64,000 nucleotides of DNA, taken from assembly GCF_009914755.1 (NCBI RefSeq), contig NC_060936.1; one strand, 5' to 3'. This stretch comes from the human T2T-CHM13v2.0 reference genome, Homo sapiens. Shown piece after piece: positions 1-23,942 of this stretch. Made by a program: the position numbers and the translations under genes. The notes under the pieces are model-generated. The model was given only the letters and a program-made list of their open reading frames with translations. It was not told the DNA's origin and did not search any database. How positions within the stretch are numbered: position 1 is the first letter of the stretch; every line of letters starts with the position of its first letter.

Positions 1-1004
1 GATTAAATGTCTAAATAATCCAAAGAAGGAAGAAAAGTCTTATTTCTACTTGGAGGAACCATATTGAACAAGAAAGAACAACATTAATAAAAATAATTTT
101 CTTATTTTCTATGTTTTGTAAGTTGAAGAAAATTATTATATGTCATTGTTCCCAGTCTTCTGATTGTTAAGGAGCTAGTACAAATTTTGACTGTATCATA
201 TGCCATATGTATCTGTATTAATTCCATCTGGCTCAATATTGTCTTTGGCTGTGGACAAATATTGTATTTTTCTGATTATTTTTCTTCCCAGAAATAAGAA
301 AATTTTGGGAAAAAAAGACAAAGTATTATGAAACTCAGCAATACCCATTCTTGTTTCTTTAAAAGGGTTGAGATCACTTAATAATAATTTCTTAGCATCT
401 CCTAAGGAAAAGATTTCCAATCTTGTTAAAAAAATCAATTAAAGAAGTTTAACGTTAATACAAATATGCAGAGGACAAATACCACTGATGGGAACAATAA
501 TCATTTGTGTATTAAAGTCATAAGCATTTCTACTGAGAACTCTTAAACAAACTTCATTTTTAATTGATATTGTAAACTGATGGATCAGTTTACTACTTAA
601 TTAATTAAATGGTGGCTTGAGATACCATTGACCATTAATTGCCCTACTTGTGTATTCCACAATTCCTTTGTTTAGCTTTATATGTTTCATGCTACATTAT
701 TGAACCCAGTTAGGCTATTAGCTCCTTGAGGGCAATATCTTACCTTTGGGAATGCCCAGCACAGTGCCTGGTATGCGTGAATATTTTATAAAAGTGTTGT
801 TACATGAATGTGCCACTGTATAACAAATTGACTGTGTAGCAGTGTAGTTTAATACAAACTGCTTACAAAAATTAATGGAAATCCATATTTTTTTTCAATA
901 TTATAAAATTTGGCTTTGCATTTAATAAGGTAAAATTAATATCGTTAAATTACTCCAAAATAAGCCTTTAATATTAATTTTGAATATAAGATTATAAAGA
1001 ATAA

Positions 1005-3686
<2,682 letters not shown>

Positions 3687-4032
3687 GTTTATTTCTTACA
3701 CACATTGCAACTCAATGTGGGTCTGTTGGGGAGAGAGGTTTCTGTATGCCATCACTCAGGGACCTAGGCTTCTGTGTTTAGTGGCTCCACCATTTCCTCC
3801 CTGTATCTGATAGATCCATGAGGGAAGAGAGTGAGAACAGAGGATTGCAAGGGAAGTTTCATGAGCCAGATTGAGAGGTCTGGAGGCAACATTACTTCTA
3901 CCCACATTCTAGGAGTCAGAACCCAGTCACATGGCCACATCTAACTACAAGGGAGGCTGGGAAATGTAGTCTTGCTATAAGCCCAGGGTGGAAGGGGAAT
4001 TGTTTGGTGAACACATAGCAGTGATTGCCACA
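3687..4032 (-). mobile_element. ERVL-MaLR LTR fragment (MLT1K/J-like) within the transduced segment
   Basis: Motifs AGTCACATGGCCACATCTAACTACAAGGGAGGCTGGGAAATGTAGTCTT and terminal TGCCACA resemble old MLT1 LTRs. Confidence 0.65.
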
Positions 4033-4344
4033 CTGTCAACAAGTTACACATGTTGACTATGCTGACACATGAGCACTTAAATATTAAATCATATTAAATA
4101 GACAGAGCAAAACACAGAAACACTAATTAGGATTGATTACTAATAACTATATACTTACAATTATGTATATTGACCAACTCAGAAGTGATTTTAAAGTATT
4201 GTGGGCTTTGTACTTGTATGTTTTGTCCTTACTGTAAAATGAAAAATTCACAGGGCAGAAAAAACTGTGGTTATGGATTTATGTGACCAGATGTGGAGTT
4301 CCATTATGATGTTTACCTTTTTGAAACTTTTTCATTGAAAACAG

Positions 4345-4720
4345 AGAAACTTGTTTGCAGCAACATGGATGAACCCGGAGGTCACTGTGCTAAGTGAAAT
4401 AAGCCAGATATGGAAGGAAAAATACTGTATGATCTCATGCATTTGTGGAACCTAAAAAAGTTGAACTCATTGAGGCAGAGAGTAGAATAGCAGTTGCCAG
4501 GGGGTTGGGGCTGGAGAAAACAGGGAGACAGGGTCAAAGGGTTCAACCTTAGTTATAAGATGACCAAGTGCTGAAAATCTAATGGACAGCATGGATGGTA
4601 ATTGATGTATTAATTAATTCAATTGTGGTTATCATTATACAATGTCTACGTATATCAAATCATCACATTGTACACCTTGAATATATTCAATCTTTGTTAA
4701 ATATTTTAAAATAAAAAATT
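4345..4720 (+). mobile_element. Old L1M (L1MA/MB-class) 3' end within the transduced segment
   Basis: GCAACATGGATGAACCCGGAGG...AAGTGAAATAAGCCAG...GAGAGTAGAATAG...ATCAAATCATCACATTGTACACCTTGAATATA are typical L1M 3'UTR motifs. Confidence 0.8.
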
Positions 4721-4750
4721 TAACAACATAAAAAAAAATAAAAAAAAAAT

Positions 4751-4767
4751 AAAAAGTTATATACCAT
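4751..4767 (+). repeat. Right target-site duplication AAAAAGTTATATACCAT
   Basis: Identical to 1094-1110; immediately follows the second poly(A) tail (4730-4750). Confidence 0.95.
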
Positions 4768-6985
4768 AGTTTCTTTTCTGTATATAGTCAGACATATGCA
4801 AATGTTTTGAAGCCATATTTGAAGCTATCCCTAGATATGGGTCATTTGTTAACTGGCTAAAAATTATTAAATTCAGTAGTTAATGGGAAATCCCTAACCC
4901 TAAGTTTTCTGTTTCTTTAGATGAAACTACCTGGATAAATTATTATTGTCCTGTTTACACAGCAGCACTCAATTTCAATATTGGATTATTGGTCCAATTT
5001 GGAAAATTATTTTAAATTTATATACTTTGCATTGATGGGTCTAGTTTCCATGAGGTGAACCCTCATTATATAATCATTGTTTACCGCATTTGGTGATTTA
5101 AGCTTATGTTACTATGTTTCATCTTAAATTAAGTGATTCTTATGCAGTTTATCTATTTCAGAATCCCATGAATCAAAATTCTGGCTTATTTCACATAATA
5201 TAGATAAAATTTACCAAACATAATCAACTTAAAATACAAGCTGTCTGGTGAAATATTACATTTCCAGTTTTATTCTAGAAAATATTTGGAATTTTTACCT
5301 AAACCAATGTTTCTTTTAAAGAAAGAGAAAATAACATTTGTGTAAACATCATCACTCTTACCAATTTTTTTTTAAAAACTTCAGTAATTTTTGAGACATC
5401 TCCTCAGATACAAAAATTGGATTTAATTAATGAACTTATGATAATAAAAGTAGCATATATAAATAACTCTTGACTAGCCTTTTATTAATATATCTTTCAA
5501 AGTAATTGTATTTAACTAATTTAATCCCCAAAATAATGTATGGGGAGAGATGAGTAGAAAATTATGAAAAGAAAAAAGAAAAAAGAAAAGCACAGATTCT
5601 GAACGGCCCTAGAAGTGGCTTCTTCAGAAGTTGGAGCTAATGTTAAGTAAGGGCATTGGCGGGCTCCCGGCATTACAAATGGCCTTCTAGAGACCATGAA
5701 GGATTTGTAATGGAGATAGCTGAAGTGTTGCTATTACTCTCCAGGATTCCATTCCTAACTGTGATGATTGTTGAATAATTTTTGCTTCTCACTGGGCCCA
5801 CAGCAGTATGTGTTGGTCCATATCCAAATCCTTAGGCTTAGGATACTAGAGACAGGCATGAATTTATTCATACTTGGCATTTCACCATCTGTTCTCATGC
5901 TTCTTGGCTCTGTCTGTTCATAATGACAAACTTCTCAGTAAGGAATTATAGCATTTGCCAGTGATTTCCTTGATGGGCTTCTTAATCTTGGAATAATTTA
6001 TAAGGACTAGATCCTGAACATAGTTCATGCTATTTCTACTGCAAATGAGCATTACTGTTTTCATTTCCCCATTGCCTATAATATTCTTACTAAATATTTG
6101 TTCAATGAATTTTTTAAATAGTTATATAAAGAACAACAGTTTTGTAGCAATCATTCTGAAGTTTACATATTGAAAAGGATCCAGATGAAACCTGAATATC
6201 AATCTGTTACCCAAATATTTTCAAAATTGTGTGACTCTGCATCCAGAAGATATAACTAAATCAAAATTTTAAACACTCGTTGATTTACCCTTTCGAATGC
6301 ATTTATTCATTTATTCCACAAATATGTGTTGAGTGTCTCTGTATACTAAGCTTGTTCTAGGACTAAAAGAAAAATCATTCTACATCAACATATTTCTAAA
6401 TACAATTTACTATAATTGTACTATAAATATAAGCAAAACTCAGAAAGTTTGCAATGGCTATTCAAGAATACAGTGCTTGCCACTATCATAAACTTTCTGA
6501 CAGCTCCAAAATTCCTTGACTTTTTCAAATAACAGAGATTAAATGAACAGTCCTTGATGGATTTTTTAAAAAGAATTTTTCCCTTTATGTAAAACAACAT
6601 CTTGTAGCTTGGCCGCAGAAATCTTTCACTGTTTGTTCACATTAGCATGTGCAAACAAGATCTCACCTTTAATTAAAGTTGCATTGATGTGCTTTTGTTC
6701 TAAATAAATTTAATCTTAGAACCTCCCACTCTTTTTGTTGACATTAAGTGATAAACAAAAATGGGTTTGGAAAATATCAGGTGAAAAGATTACATAAAAC
6801 TGAATCCATTTTAGAAGTGGAATTTATTATTGATAGCATCTAATTCAAACTTCCTACCTGCTTTTCTTTTCCTTCTTTTCAAGTATTAGAAAACTGAGAT
6901 TTAGAAAATGAAATAATATTCCAATCAGTGGTAGAATGCAGTGTAGGACTCAAGCATCCTAAAATTAAATACAGTGTTTAATTAG

Positions 6986-7386
<401 letters not shown>

Positions 7387-10300
7387 CCCAGATCTTTATT
7401 TATGGATGATTCTTCTTTGTGTGATCTCAGTAGAATAATTCCAGCCACCCATTTTTCATTGCTTTCCATAATGAAAGCTTGAAAACTTGGGAGATCCTAG
7501 CGTACTTTTAACTACCCATGGATACTTTCAGAGAATAGGAGTATGATCAACTTTGTAAATCATATGTCCACTACAAGTGTTTGTAGTTTGAGTTACTGAC
7601 ACACAAAATAGAGGCAACTATGGGTTGTCAGATAAATGCAACATACTCAATTGAGATTCTGCACAGCACCAACAGCCAGCATTGAGCCAGATGGTTCCTC
7701 TGAAAGGACCCATGCATGTGAAAAATTAAAAGTCTGTAATTCATAATGCCAAACACTAGAACCTCTCTTGGTTTCTGTTCATATTGCAAGCATAGACAAC
7801 CAGCCTCCTGTAGAATCTCTACACCCTCCCCCTGATTTCCTTCTATCCCTCTTTCTCTTTGACAGCGCCTGAGTAAAAAATGTGTTTTAAAATATGTCTT
7901 TCATTAATGGTAAAATAAACACAAGCAAATAAGAAAATAAGAGTTTGTGCTTAGCCAGAATCCCCTCAGCAGGAAGTCTCTGCACATTAGAAGAACAGGA
8001 ATACTATTGACTGCAAGTAATATAACTAAATCCTTGCACTGAAATAATACATTCTTGTTCTGATTTTATTGAACCCAATGCATTATAAAAATAATCAGGC
8101 ATCATAAACATTATATTATAAAAAAGACACAATTCTTCCATTATTTATGTTCAGTGTTTTTTAAATTTGTTCACAATATCATCAGTGAACATTTGCTGAG
8201 TTCCGAGTGCATGTTGACATTGTTCTAGATCTGCAGAAGTAAGTGAACTCAGAAATTTCTAATGCAATTCCAAGTTCACTTTCTTCCAATAGTAAGTATA
8301 AAAATGACCTTGATGCCTAAGAAGGATATTGTAATAAGATCCAATGTGACCCTTCTCAAGAAGAAAGATGTTCTGCAATGCCTAGAAACATATTAAATAC
8401 AACTTTGAATTACTAGAATTTCAGCCTATCGTCAAACCAAAACCTAAACCAAACCAAACCAAAAAACAAATAAACAAAAAAAAATGCATTATTAAAGGTA
8501 GATCAATTGAATTGTATGGTATACATAGTGGATAAAACTCACTCTGTGAGGCCCCTGTCAATATATACAATTTAATTTTAAAAAATATTTCAAAGTTCAT
8601 GGGGCTACATGCAGTAATTTATCAATGAGAATTTAGAATGATGGAAAAATAATTGGTAGGAAAGAGATAACTGCCCGTTTGCTTTTTTGCCTTATTACAC
8701 ATGAAGGTCCTTTATGCTGTCTGGGCCCCATCTCTTCACCTTAATACCTAGGAACAACCATCTCTTTACCTACTTTACTGACAAGTGCATCATTTCTGTC
8801 TAATTTCGTGTCTTTATTATAAGAAAAAGGTAATAATGATGCTATTGTCCACAATGATGTGACTCTTTGGAATCTGTTTATATTGAAATAATATACATTT
8901 CTATATGTCAGTATTTCCCTAATATGATTTATTTAGTATCATTTCTTATGACTGCTTCATTTATTATGCTGCCAGTAATAATGGATTTCAATGACTCTCC
9001 AAAGTGGTAACTGTCCATTGACAGACAGCTGATGATAACAAAAAAATGCAAGTCTTACCCAGATTTTGCAGAAAAAAATGTAAATTGTAATTCATTTTAT
9101 TATTATGTTAAATTTGTTATTGGGAATTCTGTAGTGTAAACATAGTATAACACATCCTCCAACTATATCTTATTCTCTTGAACATTTTAGACTGCAATCA
9201 CTTCACCCTGGAACATAATCTCCAGTGGTAACTCCACCTTTTTACCACCACTAGCAGAGAGAATAAGAAAGAGGCCCATAAGTTGAATCAAAAGAACAGC
9301 CCAATTTGCCAAAAGAATGTTTCTCACCCAAGAGAGCACGATGTTACCACATAGCAGAGAAGCAAGAGATAAAATGTATGGGAAGAGTCCATTGGCATCG
9401 TGAAGTGAATATCTTATAAACCATAGAAAGAGTAACAGCCACTCCAGAAGAGTGCCTGACACATGGTGTGGATCCTGTAAAGGAGATGGGAAGAAAATCC
9501 TGGTGTCAGTGTCTGGAGACACACGGTAAAAAATTTCCACCTATTGGTGCTGTAGACCTAAGGTAACTTCAGAGGCACTGAGAGGCAAAAGACCAATTAT
9601 TGTTGGTTATTGGTGGCAAAATATGGAAAGTAAGACTCATCTTTACTCATTGTGAGTCCAGTGAGAATGAGAGACCCTAAATCAAGTGATTGACACCATT
9701 CTGAGAGTGAAAAAAAAAAGGCTCCCTCTAGCAGGCATGATCCTCCCTAGGCTTGCTCCTGGAAAAGGGCTCAGCTTCAGGGCCTGTGACATCTTTATGA
9801 GCACTAGACCTGGAACTCCTCAGTGTATCAGGTCAACAGCAGGCATGTGCAGGCTGGTTAGGAAAGAATGTAGAGAGTCACAGAGTGCCCTGAAAGGGAG
9901 AAATAGGTTCACACAGAACTCAATGCAGTTTAAAGCATTCTACCCAGATGTCACAGATGAACCAGAGTTCCCAGAAGTTAGTTGGGAAGTTAAATAATTT
10001 CTAGGTTGGCATTTTCATCAACCAGTAAGAATCCAGCACCCAGTAACAATCAGGTTTGACCTTTGGGCACTCTTTTTAAGTGGTACTTGGGACCTGATAG
10101 CCGGGATGAAAAATTTTAAGAAGACACTCTGAATGAGGGAGAGGGCACAACCTTGCCTGGGCCCAAGATTAGTGCTGCTCTGTTAAATGTATTACAGATT
10201 TCCATTTTAGTATTTCAGAATACACATTTACACATTTTTGTTTATTTTTTACTATCCTTTTTTCTCTTTTTGTTTCCCTTCCTTATTTATTGTTTCTTTA

Positions 10301-11381
10301 TTTTCTTATTTTTTATGTATATAGGACCTAAGATTCAACTAATCTAACTCCTATCAATATATAGATTAGGAGAATGAAAGATAGTGCCCACCTAAGCAAA
10401 ACTCTACGCAAATAGTTAGCCTAAGAGTTCTGAGAAAACAGATGCTATAGAAAATCTTAAATTCCGTCTACAACACCAAAATGAACAGGCAAAGCAAAAG
10501 ACCAAGAAGCACTGACCCAGACAGGATAGAAGGAGGTAGATGCTAATTCATACCTAAAATAAGTAATTTGGCTCTGTAAGGATGCAGGAAAATGAACTAT
10601 TTCACAGAGTTTTCATGTGAAATATGTCACAGATGATTCCATGCTTCATTTAAAATTATCACAAAAGAAGAAGAATGAATTGACAACCCAAAGGGGAGAG
10701 AAGAGCAGAAAGACAAAATAAGGCTGCCATTCAGAAATCAAAGTTGAACTAAATTACCTACCGTTTGAAATTGATTATAGGTTTCTGGTTGTTTTAACAA
10801 TTAAATGTGTTTTCTTTTTTCAGAGAAATATATGAAAATGATTAGATGACAGTCGGTGACACTGTGAAACTAAATAAGGAAGTATTTTTCAGTGTCTATC
10901 TTCCAGGAAGAATAAATTTAAGATTACATGTATAAGGATATATATAGCTTCAAAAAAAGGTGGGAACTAATTATTTTACCATGGAAATTCTACCCTCCAA
11001 TTTCTGTAAAAGGAAAATAAAACCAAATTTTATTAATGCTTTTTTCATTTCCTCATATATGGGGAGGTTTCCACAAGCAGATAAGTGGGCTTTCAGCCAA
11101 TGTTGTTCCAAGTAACTCTCAGTAATCAGCACTCAGAAAGAGAACACTCCCTGCTTGATACCACTGTAAGTGGGCTTTAATCTGCAAGCATTTAAATTTC
11201 ATACCATCTCAAAATATTCAGGCCTGAACATAGAAATAATTATGAAAACATTAAATTCCTTAGTGTGTACATGTGTATTGGAGCATTTTCTAAAGAATAA
11301 AGAAGGTCATAACTAAAATTTTCTAAAGAACTTGAAAAACAATTTTATGTCAGTGTCATTAGATATTTAAATAGAAAAGCA

Positions 11382-19322
<7,941 letters not shown>

Positions 19323-19679
19323 AAAAAGAAAATCAGTGAAGTTAATTTGATAAAGATTTTATTTTTCTCATCCAATTTATAGAAACAAATAATGCTTTTC
19401 AAAGTTCAATATTTCAAAGGTAAAATTTCTGACATTAGGTCAATGTTCCAAATCCAATTGTACTGAAGATAGATTTATGCATTATTAACACATATTTTGG
19501 TGGAGCTTATTTTCATATAACTTTTTTTAACTAATTTAGATGAAAGTCGTTAAGAAATGTAGTTGGAATTGGCCATGGGGTATATATAATATATGACTGC
19601 AACAATCTAACTTGGAATAGCCTACCAATCTAAATAGAAGCTGAATTTTTGAAAATTTATGTTTTTTTGTACATTTGAA

Positions 19680-19776
19680 TTTTTTTCTTTTTTTTTTTTT
19701 TATTTCTGTAAATGTAAAGGCACAAGGGAAGTTTTGTTACATGCATATGTTGCATAGTTGTGAAGCCTGGACTTTT
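19680..19776 (-). mobile_element. Short L1 3'-end fragment (L1PB-like)
   Basis: Poly(T) followed by GTTTTGTTACATGCATATGTTGCATAG, the reverse of an L1 3' terminus. Confidence 0.55.
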
Positions 19777-20225
19777 TAAAAGTATAATTACAGAGTAATT
19801 AAACTGGAAAATTAAGTGTGAAAAACCTAATATTAAATTTTAACAAAGAATGACATGACAAGTGCTTTCTTTATTTGCTGCTTATCACTGAGGGGTTTTA
19901 GAAATGTTTCAAGTCTTTGAAGCACTACTTTCTAAATCAGCAGTTCCATAACAATGGTACTAAATATTTAAGAGTTCACTAGGGTTGATTACCTCTTATT
20001 TATAATCAGTTGGAAATGCTTAATCAAAGTAATCAACGAAAAGAGGCCCCAAAACTTCAGATTTTGAATCTTTTACTAAATTGTAATTATTTAAAACAAA
20101 GTCTTCCTAGAAGTTATAGAAATTTATTCTTTTAAAGCAAGGATGAAACTGAAAGAATTAATAATGAGAATGTATACAATGTACATGATTTCAATTGAAA
20201 CTCTGTAATTAAGTTTTAATATTTC

Positions 20226-20536
20226 TTTTCTTTTTCTTTTTTTTTTTTTTTGAGATGGAGTCTCGCTCTGTCGCCCAGGCTGGAGTGCAGTGGCACGATC
20301 GATCTCGGCTCACTGCAAGCTCCGCCTCCCGGGTTCACGCCATTCTCCTGCCTCAGCCTCGTGAGTAACCGCGATTGCAGGCGCCCGCCACCACGTCCCC
20401 CTAATTTTTTGTATTTTTAGTAGAGATGGGGTTTCATCGTGTTAGCCAGGATGGTCTCGATCTCCTGACCTCATGATCCACCCGCCTCGGCCTCCCAAAG
20501 TGCTGGGATTACAGGCGTGAACCACCACGCCTGTCG
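20226..20536 (-). mobile_element. AluY
   Basis: AluY diagnostics; TSD AGTTTTAATATTTC at 20212-20225 and 20539-20552. Confidence 0.93.
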
Positions 20537-21569
20537 CTAGTTTTAATATTTCAACCTACAGTAACAAGGAACTGCTGTTTTTTATTGGATAAATTTGTAA
20601 CTGTATCACGATAGAAAACAATGGAAAAAAAAACTAATTTTATAGCATCTATATATTTTGTAGCATTTAAAAGTCCTACTAATAGAGACAGTATATTTAA
20701 ACCATTTTATTTGTAATAGATATTTTTAAACATAATTGTGCTGAAATATTGATAAAATTTAGTAATACATGTAGGATTAAAATATTTCCCATTTAGCTGA
20801 ATTTCTTCAGCAATGAGAGAAAATGTTATCTCAAAATATTACAGTCTTTCAAGAAAGATCAGTTGAAGGTGTTAGAAATTTCAAATTTTAAATCTATTAA
20901 TCATAGAATACAATTTTGAAAAGTTGCAGAAATTTTTATCTGAAACAAAAATAATGTGTCCATATTTTTTAAAAATACATTTTTTCAGAAAAATACCAGT
21001 GGCATGGTGCTAGAGACAGATGTGACTAAGAAACTTATTAAGACTCGAATATGTCCCAGATATAATTATTCTGCCTATGTTCAGAAAAACAATATAAAAA
21101 TTTATTTTTTATTTTGCCTTAATGTATACAGATATGGGTTATTTTTATTTCTTTAGAAATAACTTAGTTTTTCAAAGTGTTTTGAATACTTTAAAAATTA
21201 ATGAGTACTTCAAATCTATAATTAATAACACTGTACTGTACACTTAAAAATGTGTTGAGAGTAGATATCAATGAGTTTAGCGTTCTTACTACAATTTAAA
21301 ATATCAGTATAATGAAAGCAATATGCCAGTCTCTCACTCTCACTCTTTCCCTCTTATACATCTAGCATTTCAGTTTTTCTAACAAATCAAATTCATATTC
21401 TAAACGAAATGCTTCACTCGAGTTACAAATAACTTTTCAGAGACTGAATATTTTCACTCCCAATCTTTAGTTTAAACCACTATTAAAAAACAAACTGTAA
21501 GATTTCATGCCCAACAACAGGAACACACACTTTAAGATCACGACATGGATCACTGGCCTGAGTACTCTA

Positions 21570-21690
21570 CAACTTGGTAAGATGTATTGAGTCACAGAGA
21601 AGCTAAGTAAATTGATCCAAGATCATCACACAGCCAGTAAGCAGATAAGCCAGAAGGTGAACCAAGGCAGTGAGCCTCCCTACTCCATCT
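21570..21690 (-). mobile_element. MIR fragment
   Basis: TGAGTCACAGAGAAGCTAAGTAAATTGATCCAAGATCATCACACAGCCAGTAAG resembles the MIR core. Confidence 0.55.
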
Positions 21691-22839
21691 GTATCCAGCT
21701 AACTACAGGATATTATCCTTCACATGAACTAGAGTCTTAAGAGTTCTTCTCCTAATTGTTTTATAATTACTTCAAACTTTTATCTCAATTAACTTGATTT
21801 TAAGCTTCATAAATATATAAATCAGGCTTTGCAACTTTGATCATTTTCCATTTCCCACTCATTATGCAGTACCTGGTTATGTTTGTTTCCAATTATACTC
21901 TGGCAAAGCTCAAGTAAGCAGATAGTGAATATTTGTAGAATGATTGATTGACTTTCAAAACAAATATAAGTAGACTCATAAAAGTTACAATAGGAAGGTT
22001 TTTAGATGTTCAATTATTTTAAATTATCTTTTCTGGTCTTCTTTCAAAGATCCAGTAGGAAATGGGAAGAAATAATTTTTTAAAAATCTTTCAGCAATTC
22101 ACAATGTTTATGGTAATTATTTCAACTAACTAAGCTGTTGAAATAATCATAAATACTAGCTTTAGTTGAAACATTAGAGGTCATTGATCCTAATCTCATG
22201 AATGCAAGATTACTTATAAACTGGCTTTATTCATGTGCATCTTTATTCATGGTATAATTTTTTAATGTTTTAAATTTACAGAAGTACAAATTCTTCCTTT
22301 TTCATTAGTCTAATAACATTTCTTTAAAAAATGTTCTTCAGTGTCATATTGTTTTTTAAGGACTCTAAAGAAATCTTATTATATAATTGTATTTTTTTAT
22401 CAGTCTTGCAGCATCAAAATTTATCCTTCTGTGTTTTTACAAAATTATTTTCCAGTTTCAGAATAGTAAGCTTAATAAAGCATGGTCAAGCCTCAACTTC
22501 CTAATTTGTACACAAATTTTTATTACCTTTCAAAATATAAAGTGATTCTGGAATACTTCTAAGGTTGAGTGATTCTATGTTAATGCAAGGTAAGTTATTT
22601 GTAATATTATTTTTTAATACAGCTTTGGAATTAAGGCTGATTGTATCTGTTTTTTAAGTGCCTGAAACATCCTGTGAGTACATCTGCTAAGTGAATAAGG
22701 GACAGTCTCAAATGCTGTTTCTGCATTAACTAATAATGTATTGGTTGTAAACAAGAGACATCACACAATAAGAGGCATTAGAGTGAGATTGGGCTATGTC
22801 CAACTTATATTTGTTTCATCTATTAGAGAAAATAACCTG

Positions 22840-23180
22840 GCAATTTGAAATACAGGTGTTGACTCCACACTGTCATTAAAACAATTGATTAGAGGTCATT
22901 TTACTGCCATTCAGGTAGATGTTTGCTGTGAGAAATGTATTCAGAGTTTGGGGATTGTAGAGCAGAAAGCTTATTCATTAAATTACTGACAACATTAATT
23001 TGGATGAGATTGTTGGCACCTTAGAGAATAGGATAAAATTTTAATAACCTAACAAGTTAAAGTGTAGGAGGATGTCAACAAGATAAGTTTTAGTATTGAG
23101 GTCAAAGGAAACTAATTTACCTGAGAGGAAAAACAAACTGCATAAATACCTAAGTAAAAGACAATATTTGCAGAGATGTG
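22840..23180 (+). mobile_element. CR1/L3 LINE relic
   Basis: Decayed RT-like segment (ATTAAATTACTGACAACATTAATTTGG, resembling 'KFADDTKLG') and downstream AAACAAACTGCATAAATAC. Confidence 0.45.
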
Positions 23181-23564
23181 GCAAAAATATATATACATAT
23201 ACAAATATTATATAACGTTAATTAAAATGTTTTTACAAGTAAATAGAAACCTTTTTATAATTATTTTAAAATCAGTTGTGGTTGATTTATTTCTATTTAA
23301 CTTTAAGCCTAAATGGCTGAATCATCCATCCTTTTATTCATCCATTCACATTTTCATGCTTATATGCCTTCATTAGCCAGAAAATATTTAATGAACCCTA
23401 TTATTCTTCTTTTTGCAAGAGGCCTGCAGTAAAGGAAAAGGTAAACTCTAAACCACTCACTTTTCTAGCAGATATCCTATGTGACTTGGATTGTAAGAAC
23501 AGATCAAACTAAAAATTCAGGATTCCTTTATTCATGTAGTGTCATTGAGTAAAACATCCCTTTG

Positions 23565-23942
23565 GTTATGGACTAAATGTTTCTCACAAATTCATACGTT
23601 GAAGACCTACCCCCCCCTCCCCAGTGTGATGGTATTTGGAGGTGAGATCTTTGGGAGATCATTAGGTTTAAATGTGGTCATGAGGGTAAGACCTCCATGA
23701 TGAGATTCACAACTGTGTAAGAGAAGGAGAGACCAGAGCTCTATTTTTCTCTCCCTCCACCATGTTGAGGATATAGTGAGAAGCCAGCTACCTCTGTGGT
23801 AGGAAGAAAGCTCTCACCAGAAGTCAGATTCACAGGTGCTTTGATCTTGGATTTCACATCCTCCAGAACTGTAAGACATAAATATCTATTGCTTAAGCCA
23901 CCTAGTCTATGGTATTTTGTTATAGTAGCCCAAGCAAAGACA
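23565..23942 (+). mobile_element. MLT1A0-like MaLR solo LTR
   Basis: TTATGGACTAAATGT...AAATTCATACGTTGAAG...CTAGTCTATGGTATTTTGTTATAGTAGCCC...AAGACA. Confidence 0.8.

Larger units (their letters stand above)
3687..4750 (+). mobile_element. L1-mediated 3' transduction (~1.04 kb plus second poly(A))
   Basis: Sequence not belonging to the young L1 lies between its tail and a second AATAAA (4710-4715) + A-rich tail, inside the TSD pair. Confidence 0.93.

Noticed and set aside
9187-9997. 117-aa (minus) and 103-aa (plus) ORFs
   Set aside because: Non-ATG starts, no recognisable homology or domain; within chance expectation.
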